From: Actinomycetota bacterium
GTDB taxonomy: Bacteria > Actinomycetota > Geothermincolia > Geothermincolales > RBG-13-55-18
Assembly (NCBI GenBank): GCA_015711955.1
Contig: MU158684.1
Coordinates: forward strand, 11,815-75,814
Reading direction: 5' to 3'
Length of the DNA stretch: 64,000 nucleotides
This document shows positions 49,254-62,623 of the stretch, one piece after another. The notes below the pieces were generated by a model. It ran no database searches, was not told where the DNA came from, and saw only the letters and a list, made by a program, of their open reading frames with translations. Within the stretch, counting starts at the first letter, position 1. Each line of letters starts with the position of its first letter. The position numbers and the translations under genes were made by a program.

Positions 49254-49877
49254 TCAGTCCTTGCTGGGAAATGCTTCTATTTGCACCGTGTCTAGGCAGG
49301 AATTGCAGAGTTGGCCGGGTCTCAACGGTCCCGGGCAAGGGAGCTCGCATACGGGACACACGTAAAGACAGGCACCGCATTCCCGGCATTCCTCGGAGCG
49401 GGAGTGGAAGGGCATGGCCACTTCCCTCTGCGTGCCCCGGTTGGCGAAGCCTATGGCACCGGCCTGCATCTGTTCCTTGCACATGCGGACGCAAAGACCG
49501 CACAGGATGCACCCTCTGTCCTCGGGCCTGAACCTGATCTTGGTGACGCCGTACTTGCTGGCCAAACATTGCAAGGTCCGGGAATTTGGGCAGGAGGCCA
49601 GCAGCAGTTCTATGATGACCTTGCGGGCCCTCCTTACCTTCTCCGAATTGGTCCGGACCTCAATGCCTTCCTGGACGGGATAAGAGCATGAGGCGGATAG
49701 CCTGGAGCGCCCACCCCGGATGATCTCGACTATGCAGAGGCGGCAGGAACTGTAAGGCGTTAGCCCCTCCATGTAACACAGGGTGGGGATCTCTATGCCG
49801 TAGTGCCTGGCTGTCTCCAATACCGTCCATCCTTTTTCGGCTTCCACCGAACGCCCATCGATGACAAACCTGACCAT
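49254..49877 (-). CDS. 2Fe-2S/4Fe-4S subunit, NuoG/HoxU/HydA N-terminus-like
   Basis: VLETARHYGIEIPTLCYMEGLTPYSSCRLCIVEI ... SCPNSRTLQCLASKYG ... GCILCGLCVRMCKEQ ... CRECGACLYVCPVC. Confidence 0.88.
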   Translation of the reverse strand: MVRFVIDGRSVEAEKGWTVLETARHYGIEIPTLCYMEGLTPYSSCRLCIVEIIRGGRSRLSASCSYPVQEGIEVRTNSEKVRRARKVIIELLLASCPNSRTLQCLASKYGVTKIRFRPEDRGCILCGLCVRMCKEQMQAGAIGFANRGTQREVAMPFHSRSEECRECGACLYVCPVCELPCPGPLRPGQLCNSCLDTVQIEAFPSKD

Positions 49878-49881
49878 ACTA

Positions 49882-51741
49882 TCACTTCCTTACCACCGCT
49901 TGGAATTCGCAAACCTCGAGGCAAATACCGCATTTCTCGCACTTTTCCCCTATGACGTGATGAGGTTTCTTCTTCTCCCCGCTTATGGCTCCCACCGGGC
50001 AGGCCTTCTTGCATCTCATACATCCGGTGCACTTGTCTTGGTCGATGGAATAACTCACCAGTGCTTTGCACACGCCGGCGCGGCATTTCCTCTCCAAGAT
50101 GTGTTCCCTGTATTCCTCTCCGAAGTACCTGAGGGTGGAAAGCACGGGATTGGCGGCCGTTTGGCCGAGGCCGCAAAGGGAGGTGTCCCTCATCACCTCG
50201 GCGAGCTCCTGAAGTATCTCCAGCTGTTCGGGGCTTCCTTGGCCTCCGGTTATGTCGTCCAAGATATAGAGCATCTGCTTCAGCCCCTCCCTGCAGGGAA
50301 CGCACTTGCCGCAAGACTCACCGCAGAGGAAGTCCACGAAGAAGCGGGCGATGTCCACCATGCAGGTGCCCTCGTCCATCACTATCATGCCGCCGGAACC
50401 CATCATGGACCCCACGTCGTAGAGGCTGTCGAAATCCACCGGCGTGTCGAGAAGTTGTTCCGGGATACACCCCCCGGAGGGACCCCCAGTCTGAACCGCT
50501 TTGAACCTTTTTCCGTTGGGCATCCCCCCACCGATGTCGAAGATGATCTCGCGGAGAGAGATTCCCATGGGCACCTCCACCAGACCGGTGTTCCTTATCT
50601 TGCCCACCAGGGAGAAGATCTTTGTTCCCTTGCTCCGTTCCGTTCCCAGTTTCGCGTATTCCTCGGCGCCCATGTTGATGATGACGGGGACGTTTGCCCA
50701 CGTCTCCACGTTGTTGAGGTTGGTGGGCCTGTCGTATAGGCCCCTCTCTGCGGTGTGGATGTGCTTCACTCGGGGCTCGCCGAGACGGCCCTCGATGGAA
50801 GCCATGAGGGCGGTGGACTCACCGCACACGAAGGCGCCGCCCCCAATGCTCACGTGAACATCGAAGTCGAAGCCGGAGCCCATGATGTCCTTGCCGAGAA
50901 AACCCATCTCGCGGGCCTGCTCGATGGCGGTGTAGAGGTTCTCCACCGCCAAAGGGTACTCGTGCCTCACGTACACGTAGCCCTCGCAGGCCCCTATGGC
51001 GTAAGCGCCGATGATCATTCCCTCCAGGACCAGTTGTGGGTTTCCCTCCAGAAGGCTTCGGTCCATGTAGGCTCCGGGGTCTCCCTCGTCCGCGTTGCAG
51101 AGGACGTACTTGATGCCGTCCCGGGATCGGGCCCGTCGGGTGGCAGCCCACTTTTCGGCGGTAGGGAAACCGGCTCCTCCCCTTCCTCTGAGACCGGCCC
51201 TTCTCACCTCTTCTATGATCTGCTCCGGCTCCATCCGGAAAAGGGCCTTGGAGAGGGCGGAATAACCGCCTATGGCGATGTAATCATCGATGTTCTTGGG
51301 ATCCACGCTCTCGTTCATCCCTAAAAGGAGGCGCACCTGTTTTTTGTAGAACGGCACCTCGGACATGGTAAGACAGGCATCCCCGGACCTGGGGTCCACA
51401 TAGAGCTTCTCCCTTACGATTTCTCCGTCCAGGAGGGTCTTGGTTATTAGGTCCCTCACCTCCCCGACCTTTACCCGCGTATAGAAAATGTCTTGAGGCT
51501 TGACTATCATGATGGGTCCCATCTCGCAGAACCCGTGGCAGCCCGTGTACCTCAGGGCTACCCGGTCTTGGATCCCCAGTTCCTCGAAGACCTTCCTCGT
51601 CTCCTCGTATACGGCGTTACAGCCCTGAGCCCTGCAGCCCGTACCCCCGCACAAGATCAAGACGCGTTCATATCGGCGCCGCTCATCCGCCAGATTTTTC
51701 CTGAGTTCTTCCAAAGCCGCGGGCGTCTCTATCCTAACCAT
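49882..51741 (-). CDS. NADH dehydrogenase NuoF/HndC/HydB-like flavoprotein with N-terminal thioredoxin-like 2Fe-2S and C-terminal 2x4Fe-4S
   Basis: GLRGRGGAGFPTAEKW, NADEGDPGAYMDRSLLEGNP, CGESTALMASIEG, CGESCGKCVPCREG, CTGCMRCKKACPVGAI, CEKCGICLEVCEF. Confidence 0.93.
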   Translation of the reverse strand: MVRIETPAALEELRKNLADERRRYERVLILCGGTGCRAQGCNAVYEETRKVFEELGIQDRVALRYTGCHGFCEMGPIMIVKPQDIFYTRVKVGEVRDLITKTLLDGEIVREKLYVDPRSGDACLTMSEVPFYKKQVRLLLGMNESVDPKNIDDYIAIGGYSALSKALFRMEPEQIIEEVRRAGLRGRGGAGFPTAEKWAATRRARSRDGIKYVLCNADEGDPGAYMDRSLLEGNPQLVLEGMIIGAYAIGACEGYVYVRHEYPLAVENLYTAIEQAREMGFLGKDIMGSGFDFDVHVSIGGGAFVCGESTALMASIEGRLGEPRVKHIHTAERGLYDRPTNLNNVETWANVPVIINMGAEEYAKLGTERSKGTKIFSLVGKIRNTGLVEVPMGISLREIIFDIGGGMPNGKRFKAVQTGGPSGGCIPEQLLDTPVDFDSLYDVGSMMGSGGMIVMDEGTCMVDIARFFVDFLCGESCGKCVPCREGLKQMLYILDDITGGQGSPEQLEILQELAEVMRDTSLCGLGQTAANPVLSTLRYFGEEYREHILERKCRAGVCKALVSYSIDQDKCTGCMRCKKACPVGAISGEKKKPHHVIGEKCEKCGICLEVCEFQAVVRK

Positions 51742-51742
51742 G

Positions 51743-52237
51743 TCAGTCCTTTCCCTCCCCCTCCATCAGCCGCTGGACTATTTTTTTCGCTCGAGCCGGG
51801 GTGACCTCGCCGAGATATTCCCCGTCTATGATCACCACCGGGCCTAAGGCACAGGCTCCGACGCAGTTGACAGTTTCCAGGGAGAACATCATGTCGTCCG
51901 TGGTCTGTCCTGGCTCGATGCCAAGGCAGCGTCGAAGCTCGTCCAGCACGCCTTGGGAATTCCTCACGTGGCAGGCGGTGCCCATGCAGCAGGTGATGGT
52001 ATGTTTGCCCTTGGGCTCCAGGGAGAAGGCCTTGAAGAAGGTGGCCACGCCGTAAAGGTCCGTCATGGGTATGCCCATGGCCTTTGATATGTTTCGCAGC
52101 GCCTTCTCCGGAAGGTAATGATATTCCCGCTGAGTCTCGTGGAGAATCTGTATCAGGCAGCTTCTCCTCCCCCCGTATTTCTCGACCGCAGCAAGTTCAG
52201 GCGCCTTCTGCTCCATCGCCTCCTCCAAATCTCTCAA
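51743..52237 (-). CDS. NADH dehydrogenase NuoE/HndA-like 2Fe-2S subunit
   Basis: LIQILHETQREYHYLPEKAL ... YGVATFFKAFSLEPKGKHTITCCMGTACHVRNS ... SLETVNCVGACALGPVVIIDGE. Confidence 0.92.
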   Translation of the reverse strand: MRDLEEAMEQKAPELAAVEKYGGRRSCLIQILHETQREYHYLPEKALRNISKAMGIPMTDLYGVATFFKAFSLEPKGKHTITCCMGTACHVRNSQGVLDELRRCLGIEPGQTTDDMMFSLETVNCVGACALGPVVIIDGEYLGEVTPARAKKIVQRLMEGEGKD

Positions 52238-52427
52238 GTCCTCAAGAAAATAAAGAGACGATCATCCTCTCCGGACAGCATCGTCTCTTTCGTCGCACCC
52301 CGTTGTGCGCAGTTTGCAGGAAATTGTATCCGCTCGTCGTCGGGCGCGTCAACCATTCTCTCGCATGGCTTCGATGTTGGCTTTGGGATCTGACTCTGAC
52401 CCAAAGGCCAGGACGCGCAGACCCTCC

Positions 52428-52453
52428 ACTTCGTCCGATCACTTCGTCCGATC
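52428..52453. repeat. Tandem 13-mer ACTTCGTCCGATC x2
   Basis: Read directly in the nuoE-like/carA intergenic region. Confidence 0.8.
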
Positions 52454-52726
52454 AAGGTCGGGATGGTAAAGATTGGATAAACATCTATTGTGTAGGACGC
52501 CTTTTGACAAAGGGAGTGCCCCTCTCATAAAACGTCTCGACGTCCGACCCCAGACCTCAGCGTCGATTTGCGTTATCCGAGAAGTCCCGTTTTGGCGTGT
52601 CGGGCGATCGTGGGCGCGGGATGCCCGATCACGGGCCGTGGGCACATTGATGTTTCATCTTCCCAACCACGGGACGGGACCCTATAATACACCGAAGAAC
52701 ATGGGCCGAGAGGGAAATACACGAGG

Positions 52727-53855
52727 ATGGACAGAGCGATAATCCTGCTGGAAGACGGAAAACACTTCACGGGAAAGCCCTTCGGGGCAAGGGGCCTGAG
52801 GACGGGAGAGATAGTCTTCAACACCAGCATGACCGGTTACCAGGAGATCCTCACCGACCCCTCCTATAAGGGCCAGATCGTGACTATGACCTATCCCCTC
52901 ATCGGGAATTACGGCGTGAACGCCGAGGACGAGGAGTCCGTTGGACCCCAGGTGGAGGGTTTCGTGGTGAAGGAGTGCTGCCGGAGGCCCTCCAATTGGC
53001 GGGCCACCCACACCCTGGACGAATATCTCAAGGAACACGGGGTGGTGGGCGTGGAGGACGTAGATACCAGGGCCCTCACCAGGCACATCCGCTCGGTGGG
53101 GGCCATGAAATGCGTCATCTGCAACGAGGACGCTGAGCTGCGCGAACTACGGCAGATTCTGGAAAGGGCGCCTGGCATCGTGGGGAGAGACCTGGTGAGG
53201 GAGGTCACCTGCGCCGAACCATATCGCTGGGAGCCGGAGCCCCTCCCCCCTATGGGGAGGGGCGTTTTTCCAATGGTGGAAAGAACGGACCCCCCACTTC
53301 AAGTGGTGGCCTACGACTGCGGTATTAAGAAGAACATACTGCGCATCCTCTCCGCTTTGGGTTGCGAGGTGTGGGTGGTGCCTGCGGGGACCACCGCCGA
53401 AGAGGCCCTTTCTTACCAACCGGACGGCATCTTCGTCTCCAATGGACCGGGAGACCCAGCTGGCGTCCCTTACGTGGCGGCAGAGATCCAAAAACTGCTC
53501 GGCAGGAAGCCCATTTTCGGGATCTGCCTCGGCCACCAGCTGCTGGGCATGGCCATGGGCGGCAAGACCTTCAAGTTAAAGTTCGGCCATCGAGGGGCCA
53601 ACCAGCCGGTCAAGGACCTGGTTCGCGGTAATATCCTCATAACATCCCAGAATCACGGGTTCTGTGTGGACATAGAAAGCCTGGGTGGCCAGGCGGAACT
53701 CACTTTCGTGAACCTGAACGACGGGACCTTGGAGGGCATGCGCCATCGAGAGTTCCCCGCCTACTCGGTCCAGTTCCATCCGGAGGATTCCCCGGGACCT
53801 CACGATGCCGTTTACCTTTTCGGTGATTTCATAAGGGACATGATGAAGGCCAGGG

Positions 53856-53863
<8 letters not shown>
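52727..53863 (+). CDS. carA: Carbamoyl-phosphate synthase small subunit
   Basis: [56 protein letters not shown]; [29 protein letters not shown]. Confidence 0.97.
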
Positions 53864-57137
<3,274 letters not shown>

Positions 57138-57166
57138 AAGGCGTACTAAAACAGGGAATAAAGCCA

Positions 57167-57682
57167 TCACCTTGGGTTTATCGCCCTGCTGAAGGCCGTA
57201 GAGCTTTCCTCGTCAAAATACTCGATGCTGAAGCGATAACCTAAATCTTTCCAGTTAGCGGGAACGTTGTCCCCCCAGAAGGTAAGAATGATTCGCCTGC
57301 TGGCTCCCTTCGGGATGCGGGTGGAGGAACCGGGCGCCTCCTCGCAAAAAGAATTGACGTTCATAGGGGCATAGGTTTGATGGGAAGTTGAAGGGGCAGC
57401 ACCGTAAAGGCTATGGCTTACGACCAGCTGAAAACCGTGGGGATTCACCTGGGCCTCGCGGTCGCCGGTATTTCGGAGGTTTAACTCTACCTGGAACCTC
57501 TTTCCATCCGGGGCCATTACCTCTTCGAAGCTGATCACCTCCAACTTAAGGCTGGGCCTTCCCACCACTTCTCCGGCCACCCTCACCCCCAGGCTCTCCT
57601 TGCCCGCAGCGAAGACCCAGGCGCCAAGGACCAAAAGAACGAAAGGGAAGATAAGTGTTAAAAATATCCTGGATAGACGCAC
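57167..57682 (-). CDS. Secreted/membrane-anchored hypothetical protein (DUF4352-like)
   Basis: N-terminal hydrophobic segment, then LEVISFEEVM...FQVELNLRNTGDREAQVNPHGFQLV. Confidence 0.65.
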   Translation of the reverse strand: MRLSRIFLTLIFPFVLLVLGAWVFAAGKESLGVRVAGEVVGRPSLKLEVISFEEVMAPDGKRFQVELNLRNTGDREAQVNPHGFQLVVSHSLYGAAPSTSHQTYAPMNVNSFCEEAPGSSTRIPKGASRRIILTFWGDNVPANWKDLGYRFSIEYFDEESSTAFSRAINPR

Positions 57683-57798
57683 CAGCCACCCCTTTGGTCT
57701 TTAACGTCCTTTTATGCCTTTTTGATACCGGCTCGAGGTGATTATAATTCAAAAGAGGGTTTTGACCAACCGCTAAATTTAATCGCGGGGGGAACGAG

Positions 57799-59502
57799 AT
57801 GGCTGGCCATAGATATTACCTTCGAGTAACCCTTTCCGTCATCTTTGTCTTGACCTTCCTGTGCCTGCAGTTCCCCGGCAGGGTTGAGGGTATGGCGAGC
57901 GCCCCGCAGAATGCCCCTTCCGGGGCGCAGCCTCGGATAAAACACGTGATCCGTCCCACTTTGGGATGTCCCTCTTTCGTCCTAGCGGGAAGTCAGCTGA
58001 AGGTAGACGTGTCCCTCGGAATGACGCTTCCCGATCATCCATATCGCTTCAAGGCGTTCATCACCACCTCCAATGACCCCATACCTATGACCTTAGGCCT
58101 GGAGTTCGAGTCGATGGAGGCGAAAGGAGGTGGGGTTGTCACTCTCGCGTTCCGTGTCCCCGGAGATGCTCCCGAGGACCTTTACGACCTCGAGGTCGTG
58201 CTGGAGTCCCAGGATGGCGTACTACTACGCGATGGGCAGCCTCACGCGGTGAAGGTGCTCAGGCACTTGGATGACGACCTGATTTTAGTCCACTTCACGG
58301 ATACCCAGATTGGAGACCTTCTGAGCGCGGCTAACAACCCTTCCGAATCACTTCCCAACTGGATCACAAGCGCCCCATTCAAAGATCACTGGAAATACTT
58401 ACACAGAGCCATTGACATCATAAACCTGATCAAGCCAGATCTGGTCATCTTGACCGGCGACTTGGTGTACGGCCAACTTTATTTTGGCGAGTATCCTAGG
58501 GAGTACGATTTCATCTACCGTTATCTCCTCCGTTTCGATGTACCGGTGTTCGTGGCGCCAGGAAACCACGACTCCTATAGACAGGCGGAGGATGACGGAA
58601 AGGAGTATTTTCGAAGTCTCCTGGGGCCCACCCAATATTCTTTCGACTATGGACCCATACGTTTCGTGGCCGTGGACACGTACGACTGGCCGGAAATCGA
58701 CCGCTCCGGCTACGGCCTTTTGGTATCCACCTGGGGCGGCCAAGTGAGCAGACGCCAATTGCGCTGGCTTGAGGAGGAGCTCAGGGCCCATGCCCAAAGT
58801 GCCATGCGGGTGATTTTCTGTCATCACAGCCCTGATGACACTTCAGAGTGGCCGCTTTGGGCATGGAGGATCTGTCTTGCGGCTGCCTACCCCTTCCCTC
58901 AGCTTTATTTGAGGTTTCTGTTCGGACTCCTCTATGACCAAGAATGGGTGGGTGAGGGCAGGAGAGAGTTTTTGAGCTTGCTGGAGAGGGGAAAGGTGGA
59001 CCTCTTGCTTGCGGGGCACGTGCATCACGATCGAGTCTCCCGGGACATCAACCGCTACGGGACCGATGTGGTGACCACCACCAGCGCCTCCTTCAACGTG
59101 AAGCCGGGGAAGGCCTATCCAGGATTCAGGGTCGTGACCATACGCGACGGCGTGGTGGTGGATTACGGTTATATGGGCGACTGGTCTCATCCGATATATT
59201 CGAACGGTTTTCCACCTTCTGCCAACCTCGCCCAACAGTTTGAACCCGCCCTTTACGCCACCATAAGTGATGGAAGCGGCGGGGAAGTTCCCTCCAAAGA
59301 GCTCTTGGTCGTCAACCGCTATCTGGAACCCGTTCCCGTGAACGCGGAGTTCGTGCTTCCCGCTGGCAGAGAGTATCGGGTTTCGGGAGGCGAGGTGTGG
59401 CAAATAAGCCCAAGAGGAGACTGGACGGTGCTATACGTCCGTTCGCAGGTTGACGCGACGTCCACTCTCAAGGTCTCGGTTCACAGCGTGAAATCTCCCT
59501 AA
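57799..59502 (+). CDS. Secreted calcineurin-like metallophosphoesterase
   Basis: Signal peptide; LVHFTDTQIGD ... DLVILTGDLVYG ... VFVAPGNHDSY ... VIFCHHSPDD ... LLLAGHVHHD. Confidence 0.9.
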   Translation: MAGHRYYLRVTLSVIFVLTFLCLQFPGRVEGMASAPQNAPSGAQPRIKHVIRPTLGCPSFVLAGSQLKVDVSLGMTLPDHPYRFKAFITTSNDPIPMTLGLEFESMEAKGGGVVTLAFRVPGDAPEDLYDLEVVLESQDGVLLRDGQPHAVKVLRHLDDDLILVHFTDTQIGDLLSAANNPSESLPNWITSAPFKDHWKYLHRAIDIINLIKPDLVILTGDLVYGQLYFGEYPREYDFIYRYLLRFDVPVFVAPGNHDSYRQAEDDGKEYFRSLLGPTQYSFDYGPIRFVAVDTYDWPEIDRSGYGLLVSTWGGQVSRRQLRWLEEELRAHAQSAMRVIFCHHSPDDTSEWPLWAWRICLAAAYPFPQLYLRFLFGLLYDQEWVGEGRREFLSLLERGKVDLLLAGHVHHDRVSRDINRYGTDVVTTTSASFNVKPGKAYPGFRVVTIRDGVVVDYGYMGDWSHPIYSNGFPPSANLAQQFEPALYATISDGSGGEVPSKELLVVNRYLEPVPVNAEFVLPAGREYRVSGGEVWQISPRGDWTVLYVRSQVDATSTLKVSVHSVKSP

Positions 59503-59512
59503 AGGTTCCTCC

Positions 59513-60121
59513 CTAAAGGTTCGAAGGCCTTCTGCGATCGGTCATTCCGTATATCAAGAAAGTGGCCACATTTCGCGCGATCTTAGCGATGTCGGTATCG
59601 TTCTTGTAAAAAAAGTAGATGAGGGCTATGTGTTGGGGTACCCCAGCGATCACCGTGGCGGCGATATCGAGGTCCATGGATTTGAAGAGCCCCTTTTCTA
59701 TGCCCTTTTTCAGGATTTCTTTGACGAACTCCCCCAGTTTCTCCTGCCACCTTATTACCATGAAGTCTATCTCCGGGTTGACCCTCATGACTTCCCGTAG
59801 GTAGATGGCCGCGAAGTCCAGGTTCTCCAAGAAGAAGCGGTAGAGCCTTTCGAAGGTCTCGGCGGTCTTGGCGTGGAACTCCTTGAGGGTAGTGGGCTGC
59901 CCTGCCAGCGATTCGCTGGCGATGCTGTAAAGCTGGTCCAGGATGCTCTGAAGCAGTTCCACGTAAAGGTCTTTCTTGCTGTCGAAATAGCTGTAAAAGG
60001 TGGCCCTGGCCACGCCGGATTCCCGAAGGATGTCCTCCACGGTGGTCTTTTGGAATCCCTTTTCGGCGAAGACCTTCTTGCCCGCCCTCAGTATGTCCTC
60101 TCTCCGGCTCTTCCTGGGCAT
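59513..60121 (-). CDS. TetR/AcrR family transcriptional regulator
   Basis: REDILRAGKKVFAEKGFQKTTVEDILRESGVARATFYSYFDSKKDLYVEL. Confidence 0.92.
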   Translation of the reverse strand: MPRKSRREDILRAGKKVFAEKGFQKTTVEDILRESGVARATFYSYFDSKKDLYVELLQSILDQLYSIASESLAGQPTTLKEFHAKTAETFERLYRFFLENLDFAAIYLREVMRVNPEIDFMVIRWQEKLGEFVKEILKKGIEKGLFKSMDLDIAATVIAGVPQHIALIYFFYKNDTDIAKIARNVATFLIYGMTDRRRPSNL

Positions 60122-60218
60122 CCTACACCTCCGCTGGATACTTTTGGTTTCCGAAGGGTAATATAAACGAATGTTTGAGGCAATAGTGTCTATAATTCTG
60201 TCCAGGAAACTAAATTAT

Positions 60219-60244
60219 GTCAAGGCTGATCATTAAGCCTTGAC
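60219..60244. promoter_or_regulatory. Inverted repeat GTCAAGGCT-N8-AGCCTTGAC, possible operator
   Basis: Perfect 9-bp arms about 100 bp upstream of the TetR start. Confidence 0.6.
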
Positions 60245-60375
60245 AAGGATCAGTGGTGACGTTTACTCCCAGGTCGCAAGGTCGGGGCAGAACCGGAAAC
60301 TCCTTCCATCAATGCACCCTTGGATAAAAGGCCTTATCATGATATGCGCTTATGAACGAGGATTTCAGGTAGGAT

Positions 60376-61173
60376 GTGATCATCAACTGCGGTGAGGCAA
60401 TGAGGAGGTTGAGGGTGAGCATTCTTGTTAAGCCCTCTTCGATCTCTAATACGAGCGTCGCAGACGAGTCTGACCGCATGAGGGAGGACGAGCGGAGGAT
60501 GCTGGTGCTACAATGTTGGGAGAGATTGGAAGGCAAATACAAGATCCCGGAGAGGCCCAAGGCACCCCTCTTAGACGCCCTTTTTAGGGTGCTCCTTTCC
60601 CAGAACACCACCGACAGGAATTGCGACGTAGCGTTTTCTCGCCTCAAGGAACGTTTCCGCCAGTGGGAGGAGGCGGAAACCGCCTCCTTGGAGGATTTGG
60701 AGGAGGCCATCAGGCCCGCGGGCATGTCCAAGATAAGGGCCTCGAGGATCAAGGAGATCCTGGCTTTACTCAAGGAGACTCATAAATCGCTTGACTTGGA
60801 GTTTCTGAAGAAGCTCGACCCCGAAAGCGCGCTGGATTTCCTCCTGTCCCTCCCCGGCGTGGGCATCAAGAGCGCCAGCGTCCTACTCTTGTTCTATCTT
60901 GGTCATCCCTTTTTCCCAGTGGACACCCACGTTTACCGGGTGGGAAGAAGGTTGGGCGTGATACCTCTGCGTCTTGACGTGAAGAAGGCCCACGAGCACA
61001 TGAACCGGGTAGTGCCCGACGATCTGAAGTATCCTTTTCATATGGCCTTGGTGATGCACGGCCGCAGGGTATGTCGGGCTCGCAATCCGCGTTGCGGGGA
61101 GTGCGTTTTGGATGACATATGCCAGAAAGTGGGTCTCGGACTTGAAGACGGAAGAGCCGATCGGGAAGACTGA
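60376..61173 (+). CDS. nth: Endonuclease III-like HhH-GPD base-excision glycosylase (start uncertain)
   Basis: VLLSQNTTDRNCDVAF, LPGVGIKSASVLLLFYLGHPFFPVDTHVYRVGRRLGV, C-terminal C-x6-C-x2-C-x5-C (CRARNPRCGECVLDDIC). Confidence 0.88.
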   Translation: MIINCGEAMRRLRVSILVKPSSISNTSVADESDRMREDERRMLVLQCWERLEGKYKIPERPKAPLLDALFRVLLSQNTTDRNCDVAFSRLKERFRQWEEAETASLEDLEEAIRPAGMSKIRASRIKEILALLKETHKSLDLEFLKKLDPESALDFLLSLPGVGIKSASVLLLFYLGHPFFPVDTHVYRVGRRLGVIPLRLDVKKAHEHMNRVVPDDLKYPFHMALVMHGRRVCRARNPRCGECVLDDICQKVGLGLEDGRADRED

Positions 61174-61174
61174 G

Positions 61175-62623
61175 ATGGGTCTGAAGGCGAGGTTCTTAAA
61201 AAGGGCGAAGCCGGTTTTTGGGGTCTTTTTGGCCCTATGCCTGGTGGCGTTGACCTTCCTTCCCCCACCCCTCTTGGCGACGGGGGCCAGCTCCGGAGTG
61301 GGTCCTGCTCAGTTGCAGGCCCTGAAAGCACAGGTGGAAAGGATAAGAGGGATCAGGGCGCCAGATTCGGTTAGGCTCCAGTACTTGTCCCGCTCGGGTC
61401 TTAGGGAAAAAGTCTTGGAAAACCTGCGCGAGGAAAAGAGCCAAAAGGAGCTGACGAGCGCGGAGGAGATCATGAAGATGCTCGGGTTGATCCCTCCGGA
61501 TCTGGACCTGGCCAAATTGCTGGTGGAGCTTTACACCGAGCAGGTAGGGGGTTTTTACGATTCGGAGGACGACGCCCTTTATCTCGTGGCAGATGCAGCG
61601 GAGATGAACGTGATGGATAGGCTGACTATGGCCCACGAGCTGGTCCATTTCCTGCAGGATCATCGCTTTCGGCTGGACCGGGCCCCTTTCAGCGACAAAG
61701 ATGAGGAGGTGGACGACGACCGCCTTTTCGCCGCTTCCTGCTTGGTGGAAGGGGATGCCATGCTCACTTCCCAGCTTTGGGCCCGGGATCACCTTTCACC
61801 CCATGAGTTAATGCAGCTTGGGGAGTTGAGCAGGAGAGTTCCCACCGACGTTCTTGACCGGGCTCCTCGATATGTAAGAGAATCCCTTCTCTTTCCCTAC
61901 CAGGGCGGTATGGAGTTCGTCGCTCGGCTTTACAGGAAAGGCGGTTTCGCGGCGGTGGACAGGGCCTTCGAGGACCCCCCCAGGTCCAGCGAGGAGGTCA
62001 TGCACCCCGACAAATATCTTTCGGGAGAAAGGCCGTTGGAGGTGGACATCCCTCCTTTGGGCTTGGAAGGCTGGGAGAAGGCCTACGAGAACGTGCTGGG
62101 GGAGTTCGACGTCTACCAGTTGTTCTCCCTTTTCATTCCCGACCATGAGGCTAAGAGAGCGGCTGAGGGATGGAACGGCAACCGCTATGCTTATTTCCGT
62201 GTCCCGGAGGGAGGACAAGTCCTGGCCTGCGTTTTCCTTTGGGACTCGGCGCTCGATGCGGAGGAGTTCATCGTGGCCTTTCAAAGTCATTTGGAAAGTA
62301 GGTTCGGCGGCCGCCTAAATCCCCGCGTGGACCAGGGTTGGAAGCTGGTGGAGGTGGGGGGCTACTTTTACGCTTGGGATTTGAAAGGCGAAAGGGCCCG
62401 ACTGATACAGACCAACTCGCACCAAGCCTTGGAGCAAGTCAAGTCGGCATTAGGGGGTACAGAGGGGGAGCCCTCGGGAGACGAGCGGGAGCCGGAGAAA
62501 ACACGAGATGTGAGTGGATGGCGGTTTACGGCGGTGGCGGCCCTTGTGGCCTCTTTGTTCGTGTTAGGACTTCTCCTCGCAGTTTTCATCTTGGTGTCCT
62601 ATCGTCGACGCCCAAAACCCTAG
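61175..62623 (+). CDS. Membrane-anchored putative zinc metallopeptidase (HELVH)
   Basis: N-terminal signal/TM, TMAHELVHFLQDHRF with downstream CLVEGDA, C-terminal TM segment. Confidence 0.7.
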   Translation: MGLKARFLKRAKPVFGVFLALCLVALTFLPPPLLATGASSGVGPAQLQALKAQVERIRGIRAPDSVRLQYLSRSGLREKVLENLREEKSQKELTSAEEIMKMLGLIPPDLDLAKLLVELYTEQVGGFYDSEDDALYLVADAAEMNVMDRLTMAHELVHFLQDHRFRLDRAPFSDKDEEVDDDRLFAASCLVEGDAMLTSQLWARDHLSPHELMQLGELSRRVPTDVLDRAPRYVRESLLFPYQGGMEFVARLYRKGGFAAVDRAFEDPPRSSEEVMHPDKYLSGERPLEVDIPPLGLEGWEKAYENVLGEFDVYQLFSLFIPDHEAKRAAEGWNGNRYAYFRVPEGGQVLACVFLWDSALDAEEFIVAFQSHLESRFGGRLNPRVDQGWKLVEVGGYFYAWDLKGERARLIQTNSHQALEQVKSALGGTEGEPSGDEREPEKTRDVSGWRFTAVAALVASLFVLGLLLAVFILVSYRRRPKP

